A stretch of 64,000 bases of DNA, from the IMG/VR virus record IMGVR_UViG_3300009108_000480; one strand, given 5' to 3'. The notes below the pieces were generated by a model that had not been told where the DNA came from, did no database searches, and was given only the letters and a program-made list of their open reading frames with translations. Below, in pieces: positions 1 to 8,943 of the stretch. Every line of letters begins with the position of its first letter. Within the stretch, counting starts at the first letter, position 1. A program made the position numbers and the translations under genes. Source of the DNA: a virus. Its lineage: Duplodnaviria; Caudoviricetes.

Positions 1-102
1 ATACAAGTACAAATCTTTATATTAACTGGCGAAAGAACAATATTAAGTTACGTTACAACACCATTTCATAATAGTGTAGGACAGGCATTACAGGAAAGGT
101 AA
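1..102 (+). CDS. 3' end of HlyD-family type I secretion membrane-fusion protein (partial)
   Basis: Frame 1 reads IQVQIFILTGERTILSYVTTPFHNSVGQALQER*, matching the typical HlyD C-terminus (..IxTGERTxLSYLxxP....A.RER). Its stop overlaps the next ATG (TAATG). Absent from the ORF track. Confidence 0.7.
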   Translation: MQVQIFILTGERTILSYVTTPFHNSVGQALQER

Positions 103-2027
103 TGAAATTTTTTACAAGCATATGGATGGTTATTATTGTTGCTATTGTATTGTTAGGTGTCAGAGTAAACAATAACGATTCCGTAAAAACTTTAAGATAC
201 AAAACGTGGGATTACTTTCAAACTATACATCCTAGACAAGACATTAGTGATTTAATTACTATTGTTAATATAGGCGAAAAAGATATTGCAAAGTATGGAC
301 AATGGCCATGGCCTAGACATATTATGGCTATGCTTCATGCAAAACTAGGAGACGCAGGAGCAGTTGTAATTAATTACAATATTCTTTTTGCTGAACCAGA
401 TCGTATGGGATCAACGCAATATCTTAATTCTTTTCCTATGTCTAATGAAACTAGAGATGACCTGCAAAAAAAATTAGTAGACACAGATAGAGTTTTTGCT
501 GAAGTTATTAAAGCATCAGGCAATACTATTTTAATGATGAGTGTTAAAAATAATATTGATAACATTTTACCTAGCACAACGCAAATTATAAAAAAAGGAA
601 ATGTAGAACCATGGTTATGGAACTACGCAGGTATAGTACCTCCTTTAACTAAACTTACAGTAGGTGTAGCAGGAAGTGGTGTAAATGTAACAGCACCTGA
701 ACCTGATTCTGTTGTAAGAAAAATGCCAGTACTGATAACAGTAGGCAACAAAATATATCCTAGTATGTTAATTGAAAATGTTAGAGTAATTAACAAATCA
801 AGTAGAATTAAAGTTGTTGCAAAAGAGCACGGTATAGATGAAATCCTTGTTAAAAAGAATGCTGGAATACCTGTAAATCATAATGCAGAAATGTATATAA
901 ATTATGCAAATCCAAAAAAATATAATCACGTATCTGCTGACTATGTTTTAAGTTCTGAATTTGATGCAAATACAGTTAAAGGAAAAATAATAGTTGTAGG
1001 ATTAGATGCCGCAGGATTAAGTGTATTAAAATATACACCTTTTGGATTAACCACAGATCAAGAAATTACTGCTCAAGCATTAGATACATTACTAACAGGA
1101 AAATATTTGACTAGACTTCCACAGGCAGATACATATGAAATTTTGTTTATAGGTTTACTAGGATTATTAATGATAGTATTAATTCCTAGAGTATCAGTAT
1201 TATTTTCTGTTCCACTATTAGTTTTTGTATTAGGTGGAATAAGTTATGCATCATTTATGGCTTATGCAAACAAAGGTTGGTTAATAGATCCTTCATTTGC
1301 AGTATTATACATATTTTTAATTTGGTCGCATAGCACATACAATAATTTTGCAACACAAAGTAGACTAAGAAAACAAATTAAAAGACAATTTGAACATTAT
1401 TTAGATCCAAGCATGGTTAAAAAATTACAGAAAGATCCTTCACTATTAAAACTAGGTGGAGAAACAAAAACAATGACTTTCTTGTTTTCAGACATTAGAG
1501 GATTTACACCTATTAGTGAGAAGTACAAAGGTAATCCAGAAGCACTTACAAAACTTATTAATAGATTTTTAACTAGCATGACCGACATTATAATCAAAAA
1601 TGGTGGAACAATAGATAAGTTTATGGGCGACTGTATAATGGCATTTTGGAATGCTCCATTGGATAATAACAAACACAGACAACTAGCAGTTAAAAGTGCA
1701 ATTGAAATGCAAATAGAATTAGCATTATTAAATGTACAATTAGTTGCTGAAGGACTACCTCAAATTAATATAGGAATTGGTATTAACACAGGTGAAGCAC
1801 TTGTAGGTAATATGGGATCTAGACAAAGATTTGATTACTCTGTAATTGGAGATGCTGTAAATTTAGCAAGTAGACTAGAAAGCTCTAGTAAAACATTAGG
1901 CAAAACACTAGTAATAGGTGAAGACACTAGACACAGCATTGAAACAGTTTATCCTTTTGAATACATAGATAGCATTACAGTTAAAGGCAAAACTGAAAAA
2001 ATTAAAGTTTATACAATTAAAAATTAA
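102..2027 (+). CDS. CHASE2-domain class III adenylate cyclase (copy 1)
   Basis: N-terminal TM, CHASE2 motifs (GQWPWPR, DSVVRKMP), 3 TMs, then cyclase motifs FSDIRGFT, DKFMGD, GINTG, FDYSVIGDAVNLASRLE. K/D specificity residues indicate ATP. Confidence 0.93.
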   Translation: MKFFTSIWMVIIVAIVLLGVRVNNNDSVKTLRYKTWDYFQTIHPRQDISDLITIVNIGEKDIAKYGQWPWPRHIMAMLHAKLGDAGAVVINYNILFAEPDRMGSTQYLNSFPMSNETRDDLQKKLVDTDRVFAEVIKASGNTILMMSVKNNIDNILPSTTQIIKKGNVEPWLWNYAGIVPPLTKLTVGVAGSGVNVTAPEPDSVVRKMPVLITVGNKIYPSMLIENVRVINKSSRIKVVAKEHGIDEILVKKNAGIPVNHNAEMYINYANPKKYNHVSADYVLSSEFDANTVKGKIIVVGLDAAGLSVLKYTPFGLTTDQEITAQALDTLLTGKYLTRLPQADTYEILFIGLLGLLMIVLIPRVSVLFSVPLLVFVLGGISYASFMAYANKGWLIDPSFAVLYIFLIWSHSTYNNFATQSRLRKQIKRQFEHYLDPSMVKKLQKDPSLLKLGGETKTMTFLFSDIRGFTPISEKYKGNPEALTKLINRFLTSMTDIIIKNGGTIDKFMGDCIMAFWNAPLDNNKHRQLAVKSAIEMQIELALLNVQLVAEGLPQINIGIGINTGEALVGNMGSRQRFDYSVIGDAVNLASRLESSSKTLGKTLVIGEDTRHSIETVYPFEYIDSITVKGKTEKIKVYTIKN

Positions 2028-4234
2028 TCTGTTTGAATTATAGTTACTTCAGGTTTAGTAGAATCTGTACCAATTGTTATATTTTGAGTTTCTGAATCTT
2101 GAACTATTTGAATGTCTGCAGAGTCCGCCGTTTCAGATTTTATATATGCAGTATGACCACCATGCGTTCTGTTTACAATTGAATAGTTTCCACTTGTACT
2201 AGCAGTGGCATCGTTTGTATTACTACCAGTTGTATATCTTCCTGTTGCAGTTGATGATGAAGTTGCACCTGTGACACCATCTGTTGTAACTGTTGTTTGA
2301 GTAATATCTCCTGTTTCATAGTTAATAACTTCACCACTTGTTGTTACTGTTGTTCCAGCATCATTGTCAACCCATTCTGTACCGCAGGCTGAATTTGCAG
2401 TGTCCCAATAGTAACCCCAATTAAGACAATCTTCTTCGTTATCAATATCTGCTAACCATAGTTCTAATTCTAAATCTTGATCATAATCATCTTCGTAAGC
2501 ATACTCTTCTTCTAATGTTACTGAACCATCATCTTCTTCATACTCACCATAGTAGTACCAGTTGTAAGTCCAATCATAAAATGTATCCCAATCGTCCCAA
2601 GTCCAATCCGCAATATACTTGTCTTTTAAACTTGGCATATCCCAAGGATAGGGTTGACCTTCACAAAATTCCCAAGTCCAACTGCTTACCCAACACCAGC
2701 CATACCATTTTTTGAAAAGTGATTTAGCTTCTGGTGTCCATGAAGTATAATTTTTAAACAACTTCCAGTCATCTGTATACCAGTCATTTAAGTAATCTAA
2801 ATATTCTTGAGTACACCAATCACTACCATAGCCATTGTAATTACAATAATTTTCTATTGTTAAAGTTGGTGGGCCGCCATTTGCTATGTAATCTGAGTTA
2901 GCATAATATTCGTCATCTAATTTAAAATCTTCCCAAGTATATCCTTCAATTGTAGATGTTGCTTCTTCTTCAACTTCTTCAGATTTATCTTCTACTACGG
3001 CATCATAAGCCGTCAATCCATAATCTTCTAATAAGTCGTTATATTCTTCCATGTATGCAGTCCAATCAACTTCATCCCAATCTATAGAATCCCAATTAAT
3101 TGTGTCCCACGTACAATCTGAACAACCTATTGCGTCAAAGTATGCTTGATCCATTTCTGCATACATCTGTTTAGCATCATCCCAATCCATAGTTTGTTCA
3201 CCTTCAGCGTCCCACACTGATATTTGATTGTCGTCATCAATATAACCCCAATCTTTTAAATCGTCTTCCCATGAATCATAATAAGATGTATCTATGTCTG
3301 ATTCTACTACTTCATCTATTACTATATCTTGAGTAGAACTTGTATCTATTTCACTTGATTGTGTTGTAAAATCTTCAACTGCCACCGTAGTGTCTGATGT
3401 TAATGTGTCTGATTCAATTGTTAATTCCTCTGATACAATTTGTTCTTCCATTTCGTTGGCTTCTTTGGCATCCATTTCTATTTCTAAAGATTCTTGCTCT
3501 AACAACTCGTTAGATTCAAACATTTCTTTTTCGTTTTCTAAAAATTCGTTATTTTCTTTTCTATCAAATTGAAGATCATTTTTATCTTCAATACCGTCTT
3601 CAACACTATCTAAATCAAATAAATTCTTTTTCTGAAGATTATCTAATGGAGATGGTGCTCTAGGTACTAGGCTATCACTAATAACTGTTACTGATGTATA
3701 TACTTGGGTTATTGTTTGAGAACCTGCATCATTAGAAACTGTAACTTTTCCTACTTGCCCAGAAGAATCCGGAAGTAATGTAATTGTTGTAACTCCACTT
3801 GTTGATACTGATCCTGAAAATGCTGTACCTTGTACTGTAATTGTTGCTGTTGGCGTTGCAATTTCTACATCACCATTCATTTTAGAAATTTCGCCAGACT
3901 CGTAAGTAAACGTTCCTACGTTAACCGATACATTCATTGCAATTTCTATTGGCACAACTGTTGTGTCAAAAGCAAATTCATCAATTAAAAATTCTGTGTT
4001 AGGTGCAAGAGTAATTTTTGTTTCATCTACAAACACAATGTTCATAGCACCATCTTCTCCAGTTTGGAGAAAGTCATTCATTTCTAAAAGATAACCTGAT
4101 TCAACTTTATAAGTTTTTCCGCCACGTTCATTAAACGTGGAACCCATTTTGTCTTTAACTTCACCTACAGTTACAGCTAAAGCATTTGTAACAAATAGTA
4201 TCAAAAAGGATACCACAAAGAAGAACTTCTTCAT
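2024..4234 (-). CDS. Secreted FecR-domain protein with long acidic Trp/Tyr/Cys-rich C-terminal region
   Basis: Signal peptide MKKFFFVV..ALA; FecR-like motifs (LQTGEDG, DETKITLAPNT, TPTATITVQGT). ATG at 4234 lies 2 nt after the upstream stop. Confidence 0.8.
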   Translation of the reverse strand: MKKFFFVVSFLILFVTNALAVTVGEVKDKMGSTFNERGGKTYKVESGYLLEMNDFLQTGEDGAMNIVFVDETKITLAPNTEFLIDEFAFDTTVVPIEIAMNVSVNVGTFTYESGEISKMNGDVEIATPTATITVQGTAFSGSVSTSGVTTITLLPDSSGQVGKVTVSNDAGSQTITQVYTSVTVISDSLVPRAPSPLDNLQKKNLFDLDSVEDGIEDKNDLQFDRKENNEFLENEKEMFESNELLEQESLEIEMDAKEANEMEEQIVSEELTIESDTLTSDTTVAVEDFTTQSSEIDTSSTQDIVIDEVVESDIDTSYYDSWEDDLKDWGYIDDDNQISVWDAEGEQTMDWDDAKQMYAEMDQAYFDAIGCSDCTWDTINWDSIDWDEVDWTAYMEEYNDLLEDYGLTAYDAVVEDKSEEVEEEATSTIEGYTWEDFKLDDEYYANSDYIANGGPPTLTIENYCNYNGYGSDWCTQEYLDYLNDWYTDDWKLFKNYTSWTPEAKSLFKKWYGWCWVSSWTWEFCEGQPYPWDMPSLKDKYIADWTWDDWDTFYDWTYNWYYYGEYEEDDGSVTLEEEYAYEDDYDQDLELELWLADIDNEEDCLNWGYYWDTANSACGTEWVDNDAGTTVTTSGEVINYETGDITQTTVTTDGVTGATSSSTATGRYTTGSNTNDATASTSGNYSIVNRTHGGHTAYIKSETADSADIQIVQDSETQNITIGTDSTKPEVTIIQTD

Positions 4235-4236
4235 GA

Positions 4237-5325
4237 TTAACACCCGTTAGATACAGTAGCAGTTACATCAGCTGATTGAGTATTCCTGTTGTATGAATAT
4301 ACGCAAGTGTCTGAACCGTCTTGTGTAAAATTTAATGTATAGTCGTAAATGCTATCACCTGTTATAGTAACCTTACCATCATTACCTCCACCTGTTTGAG
4401 CAAAGTTTATTACTGAATCATCTGTATAAAGAAAAATTTTAGCAGTATTATTACCACCTGCCATGTGAAGTCTTATTGTATTATCATCACCATTTATTAT
4501 TGTTCTCAACCAATTGTTATCGCCTGATATTATTGCTGAATCTCCATAAGGGTCTGTATCAGAACCAGTGTAACTAGAATGAATATCTAAAAGATTTGAA
4601 TTACCTATAAAATCGTGAAGTTGATAGTTGCCTGTACCATATGATGAAGTGTGTATTACATTTGAATTTCCTACTATGTAAATATCTGCACTTGCACCTT
4701 CGCTACCTGAACTATCTGCAAACTGACTATGCGAAGCAGTTTGTGGACCAATTGCCTTATTTGCATTTGTATTAAATCCTTCTGAATCTGTTGAACTGTA
4801 CCATTCTACAGTATTTGAGTCACCTGACATACGAACATATAAGAAATGGTTGTCACCTCTATTCTGAACCCAAAATGTATTTGAATCTCCATAAATGTCT
4901 AAGTCAACATTGAAATTTGTTGTAGAGTCTGACCAAGTATCATAGTCTACTACGTTTGAATCACCTGTAATATCATGATCTAAATAAAAACCTGTAGCAT
5001 TAACGTCATCTATGTCAGGTCTTAATTTATTAGAATTACCAATTGCTGTATAATCAAAGGTCATATTAGTACCTTTAAAAGATAAGTGACCATTATAATC
5101 TGTTACGTTTGTATTACCTATTTGTTTAATAATAATAGTAATTTTATTTCCGTCAATTACAAAAGGATTATCTGTGCTTCTTCCAAACGTATTGTTTAAT
5201 CCGTCTTGTTTTATATAGACTGAACCATTTTCTTGATCAATTTGTGTTATAAAGACTTTATTACTCGCATAACAATTAATCGTTGTTGCTAGTAACAGTA
5301 TTAGACTCAATAATAACGCTCTCAT
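4237..5325 (-). CDS. Curlin-like (CsgA/CsgB-type) repeat protein
   Basis: Signal peptide MRALLLSL.. with GGAGGT SD (5331-5336); about 14 beta-arc units ending G-x-x-N (KQDGLNN, KQIGNTN, AIGNSN, ITGDSN, IYGDSN, MSGDSN, IVGNSN, ISGDNN, INGDDN..); adjacent to csgG. Confidence 0.7.
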   Translation of the reverse strand: MRALLLSLILLLATTINCYASNKVFITQIDQENGSVYIKQDGLNNTFGRSTDNPFVIDGNKITIIIKQIGNTNVTDYNGHLSFKGTNMTFDYTAIGNSNKLRPDIDDVNATGFYLDHDITGDSNVVDYDTWSDSTTNFNVDLDIYGDSNTFWVQNRGDNHFLYVRMSGDSNTVEWYSSTDSEGFNTNANKAIGPQTASHSQFADSSGSEGASADIYIVGNSNVIHTSSYGTGNYQLHDFIGNSNLLDIHSSYTGSDTDPYGDSAIISGDNNWLRTIINGDDNTIRLHMAGGNNTAKIFLYTDDSVINFAQTGGGNDGKVTITGDSIYDYTLNFTQDGSDTCVYSYNRNTQSADVTATVSNGC

Positions 5326-6529
5326 CTGCGACCTCCAATGCGGCTTTCTGATCATTTAAAATTGTTTGAATTTTTGCTTTACGTATTTCTTTTTCTGTTT
5401 CTTTTAAATCAAATGCTACTAACATTTTTAAATGGTCTTGATATTCATCCCAAGTTTTAAAATCTGTACTGTTAGCTTTATTATACCAAGCTAATTCATT
5501 CTTTTGAACTTTCTTTAAATGTTTTTTAGCCAACAATGCTTCTTTTTTAGCTAACTTTTCTGCCTTCAAGGCTTCTTTTTTAGCTTTCTTCTCTTCTAAC
5601 AATGCAAGTTTTTTAGCTTTCTTTTCTGCTAGGTATTCTTCTCTTGTTTTAATTTTTACTACTGTTTGTTCTACTTCTAAATTTACTTTTACTTCTTCTT
5701 CAGTAACAACTTCTGCATCTGACTCTTCAACTGCTTCTGGTAGTACTGGTTCCGGTGGTAGTTTAATTTTCCATATTTCTTTTTTAGCACCTACTTGTAT
5801 AATTTCTGCAACACCGGCTTCAATTGCTTTTCTCACAGCAAAAGTAACTGGTTCGTTTCTTGCTACTCCAATTTCAGTTTCTAATAACATTGTATCAGCA
5901 TCAAAGTACTTGAATATATCTCCACCTGTTCCTGTTGAGAATATTGTTTTTTCAATTGTTGTTGATATAACAACTTCACCTGTTTGCACATTTACTAATC
6001 TTAAAATAACAGTAACTACATCTTGTCTGTATTGTGTATTGGCTTGTACGCCTAAAATTCTTGCACCTATACCACCTGATTTAGTATCTGAATCGTATCC
6101 TACTATACCACCTGTAATATATGCACCTGCAAATAATAATGCTGGTAATGGTTCAGCTTGATCACCATCTGCCATTTGTCTTGTTGATCTAATAAGTTTT
6201 CTTTCTTGTAATAGGCTTGGTAGACTTGCTCTTTCAACAACTCTAAACCATTTGCCTTCTCCAGCATCTTGTAATGCTTTAATTAAAAGTTGATATGAAC
6301 CTTGAGTTACTGCTGTACTCATTGAAGCAAAATTGCCACCTGGCTTCTTTTGCCCTGTCATATCTAAGAAATCATAGACAGCAATTATAATTGGATCGCC
6401 ATCTAACTCAGGAACCTCAATAAATGTTTTTGCCGCAGGCTTTTGAGTTCTGTAATCGAAGTCTGGTTTACCAGCACAACTAGCCAGAAATAAAGTTGCT
6501 AGAAATATAATTGCTAATTTTTTAAACAT
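5276..6529 (-). CDS. csgG: CsgG curli secretion channel lipoprotein with long C-terminal extension
   Basis: Lipobox LASC; motifs AVYDFLDMTGQ, STAVTQG, WFRVVER, LLQERKLIR, GGIVGYDS, QYRQDVVTV, NEPVTFAVRKAIE. Confidence 0.9.
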   Translation of the reverse strand: MFKKLAIIFLATLFLASCAGKPDFDYRTQKPAAKTFIEVPELDGDPIIIAVYDFLDMTGQKKPGGNFASMSTAVTQGSYQLLIKALQDAGEGKWFRVVERASLPSLLQERKLIRSTRQMADGDQAEPLPALLFAGAYITGGIVGYDSDTKSGGIGARILGVQANTQYRQDVVTVILRLVNVQTGEVVISTTIEKTIFSTGTGGDIFKYFDADTMLLETEIGVARNEPVTFAVRKAIEAGVAEIIQVGAKKEIWKIKLPPEPVLPEAVEESDAEVVTEEEVKVNLEVEQTVVKIKTREEYLAEKKAKKLALLEEKKAKKEALKAEKLAKKEALLAKKHLKKVQKNELAWYNKANSTDFKTWDEYQDHLKMLVAFDLKETEKEIRKAKIQTILNDQKAALEVADESVIIESNTVTSNND

Positions 6530-6534
6530 TATTA

Positions 6535-6987
6535 TTAGTCTTCCTTCGGCATAGTAAATGATGTTACAGTTCCGTCTGTTTCAGTAACAGTAATTGTAAC
6601 ATTACCAGTACCTGAAGGCGTTGTCCAAGTTACAACTTCTCCACCAATAGGTGATGTAAATGTTCCTGAATCTTGTTGTAAGCCGTCAGCACCAAATACG
6701 TTTGTTGTAATTTGTTTTGCTAAAGCCGTATAAAATCTTGATTCTAAGTTTGCTTTGAATTTTGCTACCGCAGTATTTTTTGCATCTTGTTCTGCTTTTT
6801 CTTTTGCGGCTTTATCAGCGGCTTTTATAGCATCTTTTCTTGTTTTTTCTATGTTTTCAATGGTCAAATAATGTGAACTTTTGCCCTGTCCACTAAAAGA
6901 TGGACTGTCAAAGTCAAAAGTGATTTCACTGGCGTTTGACCCAGTTATCATGAATAAAAATAGTAATATTGTCGTTAAAATTCGCAT
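6535..6987 (-). CDS. csgF: CsgF-like curli assembly protein
   Basis: Signal peptide, mature start EITFDFDSPSFSGQG, then FKANLESRFYTALAKQI; directly upstream of csgG; AGGAGA SD. Confidence 0.75.
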   Translation of the reverse strand: MRILTTILLFLFMITGSNASEITFDFDSPSFSGQGKSSHYLTIENIEKTRKDAIKAADKAAKEKAEQDAKNTAVAKFKANLESRFYTALAKQITTNVFGADGLQQDSGTFTSPIGGEVVTWTTPSGTGNVTITVTETDGTVTSFTMPKED

Positions 6988-7014
6988 TTTTCTCCTAAAA
7001 TTCTTTTACCATAA

Positions 7015-7021
7015 TATTTAT
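7015..7021 (-). promoter_or_regulatory. Late-type promoter motif ATAAATA for the csgF operon
   Basis: Reverse complement of TATTTAT; followed by an AGGAGA SD and the csgF ATG. Confidence 0.5.
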
Positions 7022-7048
7022 GTAATATCTTAACCAATTTATATGCAC

Positions 7049-7055
7049 TTAAATA
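7049..7055 (+). promoter_or_regulatory. Late-type promoter motif TTAAATA for cyclase copy 2
   Basis: 10 nt upstream of ATG 7066; no SD. Confidence 0.45.
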
Positions 7056-7065
7056 TTGTACTATT

Positions 7066-8712
7066 ATGTCGAAAATTTTAACAAGCACCTGGGCGGTTTG
7101 TGTCACTTTGATGATCCTTTTATTCATAAAATGGGCAGACCCAACACCTATTCAGTCAGCAAAACTGACAACGTTTGATTCCTATCAAAAATTTGGACAA
7201 CACTTTGACTCAAAGAGTTTAATTTTGTTAGATATATCTGACGAAGCTCTAAAAAAACAAGGACAATGGCCATGGAAACGTGATATTTTAGGACGGACAA
7301 TAGTTAATGCTTATCGGAGTGGTGCCGCTCTGGTAGTCTTACAAGTCGTATTTGCACATAAAGATAGACTAGGCGGAGACGAAATGTTTCTTAAAATGAT
7401 TTCAAAATATCCAGTTATTCTTACCGAGACCGACGATGTTAAAAACTTACTCAGCATTGAACGAAAAGCCCGGGCGGTAGGTAATGTAAGTGTACCTATT
7501 GACATAGATGGTACTATAAGAAGACTACCACTTGATAGGTCAATTCCTGCTGTTATATTAGAAACAATTCAATATTACAATAAAGCAAAAAACGAAATAT
7601 GGTTAGATTTTAGACATCATATTCCACGAATAGATTATACAGACAAAAGTAACTGGTCAAAAATGAAGGGCAAAATTGTATTCATTGGAACTACATTTAA
7701 AGGATCAACATTCGTTACTACGCCTAATGGTTTAAAAAACACTCATGAGATTATGGCTATTGGTACAGAAACATTATTATCACAAAATTTTATTAGTAGA
7801 CCGGATTGGCTAGAGAAAGTAGAATGGGCATTTGTTATTATAGGAGGTATAATATTCCTAATTATTATTCCACGACTCGGCGTCCTATGGAGTTTTATAC
7901 CTATCATAGTTTATCTAAGTATTGTACTTGGAGCAAGTGCCTATCTATGGAACACAAAATTATATCTTACAGAATGGTTAACTCCTGTTGTAATTGTTAC
8001 CATAGTTTGGGGACATTTAATATACAATAACTTTGCACGTGAGAACAGACTAAAATTACAAATTAAAAGACAATTTGAACACTACCTAGATCCTAGAATG
8101 GTTAAAAAATTACAAAAAAATCCTTCTTTATTAAAACTAGGAGGCGAAACAAAAATAATGACATTTTTATTTTCAGATATACGTGGCTTTACACCTATAA
8201 GTGAAAAATATAAAGGCAATCCAGAAGGACTTACAAAACTTGTTAATAGATTTTTAACACGCATGACAAACGTTATAATTGCTAATGGTGGAACCGTAGA
8301 TAAGTTTATGGGAGACTGCATTATGGCATTTTGGAATGCACCACTTGATGTAAAAGATCATCAAATGTTAGCAGTAATGTCAGCGTCACAGATGCAAACA
8401 GAACTAGTAAAATTAAATGAAGAATTAACTGCAGAAGGATTACCTGAAATTAACATAGGCATAGGTATTAACACAGGTCAAGCACTTGTAGGTAATATGG
8501 GTTCTGATCAAAGATTTGACTACTCTGTAATTGGTGATGCTGTTAACCTTGCATCACGTTTAGAAAGCTCAAGTAAAACATTAGGCAAAACTTTGGTAAT
8601 TTCAGAGAATACTATGAAAGGTATTGAACATATATTTCCGTTTGAATATATCGACAGCATTACCGTCAAAGGTAAGACCGAACCTATCAAGGTTTATACC
8701 GTGGTAAGATAG
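7066..8712 (+). CDS. CHASE2-domain class III adenylate cyclase (copy 2, shorter sensor)
   Basis: GQWPWKR and DIDGTIRR CHASE2 motifs, TMs, and a catalytic domain with the same intact motifs as copy 1. Confidence 0.92.
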   Translation: MSKILTSTWAVCVTLMILLFIKWADPTPIQSAKLTTFDSYQKFGQHFDSKSLILLDISDEALKKQGQWPWKRDILGRTIVNAYRSGAALVVLQVVFAHKDRLGGDEMFLKMISKYPVILTETDDVKNLLSIERKARAVGNVSVPIDIDGTIRRLPLDRSIPAVILETIQYYNKAKNEIWLDFRHHIPRIDYTDKSNWSKMKGKIVFIGTTFKGSTFVTTPNGLKNTHEIMAIGTETLLSQNFISRPDWLEKVEWAFVIIGGIIFLIIIPRLGVLWSFIPIIVYLSIVLGASAYLWNTKLYLTEWLTPVVIVTIVWGHLIYNNFARENRLKLQIKRQFEHYLDPRMVKKLQKNPSLLKLGGETKIMTFLFSDIRGFTPISEKYKGNPEGLTKLVNRFLTRMTNVIIANGGTVDKFMGDCIMAFWNAPLDVKDHQMLAVMSASQMQTELVKLNEELTAEGLPEINIGIGINTGQALVGNMGSDQRFDYSVIGDAVNLASRLESSSKTLGKTLVISENTMKGIEHIFPFEYIDSITVKGKTEPIKVYTVVR

Positions 8713-8715
8713 AAT

Positions 8716-8723
8716 TATAAATA
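8716..8723 (+). promoter_or_regulatory. T4-late-like promoter TATAAATA
   Basis: Exact T4 late consensus, 6 nt before ATG 8730. Confidence 0.6.
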
Positions 8724-8729
8724 GCTATA

Positions 8730-8891
8730 ATGGACGCAGACACAATAACAATAATATCTAAACTATGGCCCATCTTTGTGGCCTTCATATTGCTCATTGT
8801 GACTTTAGCACAATCGCATTATCGAATTAAAGTGCTTGAAGAAAAAGTCAAAGTTGCGTTCGATCTCATCAATAAGTTGACTAAGAAATAA
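8730..8891 (+). CDS. Small membrane protein (53 aa)
   Basis: MDADTITIISKLWPIFVAFILLIVTLAQSHYRIKVLEEKVKVAFDLINKLTKK*; one TM plus coiled coil; below the ORF-track cutoff. Confidence 0.65.
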   Translation: MDADTITIISKLWPIFVAFILLIVTLAQSHYRIKVLEEKVKVAFDLINKLTKK

Positions 8892-8943
8892 ACTCACTTA
8901 ACTTTTAAATCAACACACTTAAATAAATCGAGCGGGGAAGGAA

